DNA from: Neoechinorhynchus agilis
Lineage: Eukaryota; Animalia; Acanthocephala
NCBI GenBank assembly: GCA_051530055.1
Contig: CM121342.1
Span: 10,927,480 to 10,991,479 of the forward strand
Length of the DNA: 64,000 nt
Direction of reading: 5' to 3'
Below the pieces are notes generated by a model. That model worked only from the letters and a program-made list of their open reading frames with translations. It was not told where the DNA came from and made no database searches. The first letter of the stretch is position 1. Every line of letters begins with the position of its first letter. Of the stretch, positions 60,661 through 64,000 are shown in pieces. The translations under genes and the position numbers were made by a program.

Positions 60661-61155
60661 CTATACTTTGAACAATAAAATTTGTGATTAGTATTATAAT
60701 TTATCCGACGGTAAATTGTAGGATAACTCTAATAATATTCAATAGGGTTGAGAGACCTTCACATAATCTTTAATTTTTTTAACTATTTTATGTACAGCGA
60801 TTATTGAAAAATTTAAAAAATGAAGCGATAATCTTTTCGACCGAAAATGCTCTTAAATATATTGTTGATGTTTGTGAAGGACAAGGCAAATTATAAGCTG
60901 TAAAAAAGACTTTGCATTACAAAGAGTTTCCTTGCCTCCTTGGTAACGAAATATGTAATTTTGTACCGAACCGCACTTTAAGTTTAGTAATAAATACGAT
61001 TTGATTAAATCGTGAAATTGTTGCTGAATTGAACTCTGAATTTTTTTTAATTATCTTAGCTCTGAAACCGGCGATAACAAATCAAACTTTAAGGACCCTA
61101 GTGAAGCGATTTATTGTACAGCAATCAAGCCATTTCTTAAACAGGATCCAAAATA

Positions 61156-62126
61156 GTGTTCGCAACCACACAAGTAACAAACTTGGAATGATTCAAATGA
61201 GCTTTTTTTTGTTATTGATGACATCAAATCTTTACTTGTGCCGCGTTTAACGATACCGAAACAAACGAGATTCGATACACAAGCGATTATATAATTCTTT
61301 TTTATTAGTATTCGTTTGCGCTCTTTCTTGAGTGAATAAGACCTCGCTGTTCATATTCCGAAGGGTATATTTCTCAGTGATGGCTCCTTTACAAGTTATT
61401 CTTTACTTGGCAATTGTTGCTTTAACATCGGCTCGTTCGAAATCCGGAAAATTAGCCAAGTCGTGTTGCTTCGATCCATGCGAATGTCCAATGGAATGCC
61501 CAACGGAATGTCCATGTGAGCCATGTCCGTGTCCGGTGGATACCTGCTGCCTTTGCCCATGTCCGGCTCCTCCGTTCGAATGCGCTCCAGAGAGAAAATA
61601 CAGCAAATGTTGCGTTATCGAGATTCCCAGTCAGACTTGTCCAATCCCAATTCCATGTGGATATGTGAAACCAAAGCCACCAAGGAAAATCGTAGTGAGA
61701 AGACCGTGTCCAGTGGCAAGACCATGCCCGAGACCAATTCCTGTGCTTCCATGCAGTATTGAGTACGTTCCAGCGACTCCGTTCCCTTGCCCGGAAAGAC
61801 CATTGATGTGTGCCGAGCAATACGGATACCAATGTCCGCCGAATCCGTGCTCTGTATGCTGCTGCAAGGACGAATGCTGCTGCGAACCTTGTTGCAAAGA
61901 CGAATGCCGTTTAAGCTGCTGTTGCTAAAAGGTTCTCTAGATAAATAGCGTAGATTTAGACTAAGTTTCAACTTATTAAATTAGCTTTAAAGTTTGATTG
62001 CATTGGAAGTTTTGAGCGCATTCGGGTTAAACGAAATCTAATTAGAATTTTAGGAGAAAAAACTAAGATTTTTGTGAAAATCTATCTCTACACATTTAAG
62101 AAACAAATGGCGACCACTATTCTTGC
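61156..62126. repeat. Segmental duplicate of 46465-47428 (about 0.96 kb, same orientation, about 14.7 kb apart)
   Basis: Both copies run from AGTGTTCGCAACCAC to GACCACTATTCTT with a shared promoter-proximal region, CDS and 3' flank. Confidence 0.95.
61380..61928 (+). CDS. Secreted Cys/Pro-rich protein, copy B (182 aa, same protein as copy A)
   Basis: Identical translation to 46687-47235; one synonymous difference seen (TGC 46831 vs TGT 61524). Confidence 0.85.
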   Translation: MAPLQVILYLAIVALTSARSKSGKLAKSCCFDPCECPMECPTECPCEPCPCPVDTCCLCPCPAPPFECAPERKYSKCCVIEIPSQTCPIPIPCGYVKPKPPRKIVVRRPCPVARPCPRPIPVLPCSIEYVPATPFPCPERPLMCAEQYGYQCPPNPCSVCCCKDECCCEPCCKDECRLSCCC

Positions 62127-62924
62127 GATATTGTTTTGAAAAATGGAGCATTTACTTTTATGTAGTTTTTTATATCACTCGCATTCCATAAATATTTCAA
62201 TAACTTTAATATTCCAACGTAAACTGCTCCTGCACTTCAAGTTCAGTAATAAACACGATTTGATTAAATCGTGAAATTGTTGCTGAATTGAACTCTGGAT
62301 TTTTTTAATTATCTTAACTCTGAAACCGGCGATGACAAATCAAACTATAAGGATCATCTTTTATTTTGTTGGGTGGTATAGAGATTGGTTTATTGTGAAA
62401 GGTTAATAATAAATCAATATCTACATCATCAAACAAAGTAAATCCATGAACAATTTTTTGTCTTGGATTATTATCTTCGGGGAAAAAGATACTTTCTTTT
62501 GGTAGTTATACACACCCGGATTTAAATTCCTAGATTTATTGCCGGTATTTCGTCGTATAATTCCGACGATAACACTTGTGTGCTTGTATTTTAGATGATA
62601 AACCTTGATAATGTCGGAATTATTTGACGAAATACCGGCCCAAGACATTAAGAAGCAGTATGGTAGTTGCTGGAACAATTTTTTGGAGTTCATTCAAGAA
62701 AAGTCCTCATCGAAACACGATTTTGTTATATTATGAAACCATCGCAATATTTTAAATTAAAGAAAATATTTCAAGTAAAAAGAAGGTGAACACCCTAGAA
62801 ATAATTACGTAGAAATATAAATTTTTGCTTTGTGTCGGCTAACCAAGAACGTGAGACACAAAATGTAATGATTTCGTTCGTGAGAATTACTGGATTTTGT
62901 AAAGATGTTCATCATTTACTTTTT

Positions 62925-63450
62925 TAATTGGCAAGGGTCAGGTCGATGTTCATCAGGGCATTTAGATTTTGTTCCGATGGAATGAGCCTCAAAGATGAGC
63001 TGAATTGGATTTGTAGTAGCAGTTTAAAAGGGAGTGGATATCCAAAGAGATACATTGAAAAATGTAAGAAGGCAGCGCAATATGTTCCATCGATTAAAAA
63101 AAGCTATCAGCACGAAAAGAAGCACTTCATTAAGGCACAATTCATCAGTGGTCCATTGAACTCAAAAATGGAAGCTGTAATCAAAAAGATTGATATAACA
63201 AGAAGGGCAAGACTCTACAAACAGTATTTCGGCCGAAGAATGATTATGGTATTGCTGGATGTGTTTACAAGATCCCATGCTGCAACTGCAATCTAGCTCT
63301 TATGTGGGACAAACGAGCAATCTAAAAAGAAGGATTGCTGAGCACCTAAAAGCAACTTTTAGAAAGACTGAGTTTAGCAATAGTGTCCCATATTATGAGC
63401 AACGGGCACAATGTTAATTTTGATATTGTTCAGATTCGTGCGCGGGGTGG
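62925..63450 (+). mobile_element. Penelope-like element 3' fragment (thumb/linker plus GIY-YIG), frameshifted
   Basis: RVRSMFIRAFRFCSD...GYPKRYIEK, then GCVYKIPCCNC / SYVGQTSNLKRRIAEH. Confidence 0.88.
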
Positions 63451-63490
63451 ACAATGGAGACCATCATGATGCAAAAACGGTTACGTTTGT

Positions 63491-63545
63491 GGATTTTAGA
63501 TAGACTGAAGAAGGCCTACGCGAAGGCCGAAAATTATCAAATCAA
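63491..63545 (+). ncRNA. Minimal type I hammerhead ribozyme motif (Penelope-associated)
   Basis: CTGAAGA (63505-63511), A, stem II GGCCT/AGGCC with ACGCGA loop, GAAA (63529-63532), palindromic AATT mini stem III, then A. Stem I is weak (GA/TC plus GATTT/AAATC). Confidence 0.65.
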
Positions 63546-63705
63546 TTATTTGATAATTCGCTATAAACTAGTAAATTACTGGATTGTTCAATTAAGAGGG
63601 ATCTTAATCGCTCGTCATTACCCACATCAGAGTACAAAGTGTCATCATAAACAAGGAAGAATGACTTTATTTTTGTGTTCTCACAGCTAACATCGGTTCA
63701 TTCGA

Positions 63706-64000
63706 ATGCTCCATCGATTGTCGGGTCACCTAATCAAGTTAGTGAGATTTTCAAGTAGGAGGGAACTTTCACTCGAGATTGACTCATCGGTTTTGAAGGT
63801 AATCTTTCATATTTTGATTTTCAATGAACGTCTTTTGTGTTTTCAGAGACTTCAGGAAATTAACGAAAGGAGTTTGAGAGTTGAACTTGTCGGTGGAGGC
63901 TGTTCCGGTCTTCAAGTTTGTTTCTCACTCGATTCGAACCTTTCGGGCGCTACTGACCAGACGTTTGAGCTTGATTCAAGCGGTCACCGAGTAATTGTCG
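63706..64000 (+). CDS. ISCA2: Iron-sulfur cluster assembly protein, HesB/IscA family (ISCA2-like), truncated by the window end
   Basis: Exon 1 MLHRLSGHLIKLVRFSSRRELSLEIDSSVLK (mitochondrial-presequence-like), 48-nt GT-AG intron 63799-63846, exon 2 RLQEINERSLRVELVGGGCSGLQVCFSLD...TFE...RVIV. Confidence 0.88.
   Translation, partial: MLHRLSGHLIKLVRFSSRRELSLEIDSSVLKVIFHILIFNERLLCFQRLQEINERSLRVELVGGGCSGLQVCFSLDSNLSGATDQTFELDSSGHRVIV

Larger units (their letters stand above)
60973..62353. repeat. About 122-bp direct repeats (60973-61095 and 62232-62353) flanking Cys-rich copy B
   Basis: GCACTT.AAGTT.AGTAATAAA.ACGATTTGATTAAATCGTGAAATTGTTGCTGAATTGAACTCTG...CTCTGAAACCGGCGAT.ACAAATCAAACT.TAAGGA is shared. 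Confidence 0.9.

Noticed and set aside
42000-63500. Uni-strand piRNA cluster inferred from TE orientation bias
   Set aside because: About five fragments lie on each strand; only the elements immediately flanking piwi share an orientation.

Overview
Eukaryotic DNA from a compact-genome animal: it carries PLC-epsilon and Piwi, and most traceable introns are about 35-60 bp. The species cannot be named from sequence alone. Left half (1-42 kb) is gene-dense: a 283-bp tandem repeat, an unidentified minus-strand gene, an 11.4-kb phospholipase C epsilon-like gene (N-terminal ankyrin repeats, no detectable C-terminal RA domains), an EF-hand protein, a lone tRNA 3' half, CR1/L2-like LINE fragments, a short protein with an ASXL-type C-terminal PHD, BCS1, a 7.6-kb array of 158-bp satellite with a 3.14-kb higher-order duplication, and a BIG1/2-type Sec7 ARF-GEF. 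Right part (42-63.5 kb) is a retroelement-rich island: a near-complete two-ORF LINE, three Penelope fragments (one followed by a hammerhead ribozyme motif), a CR1/L2-like APE-RT element, and RLE-type and Gypsy remnants. It also holds a single-exon Piwi with an intact DEDH tetrad and two near-identical genes for a secreted Cys/Pro-rich protein. An ISCA2-like gene starts at the right edge. All calls come from manual motif reading; no database searches were run and exon boundaries are approximate.
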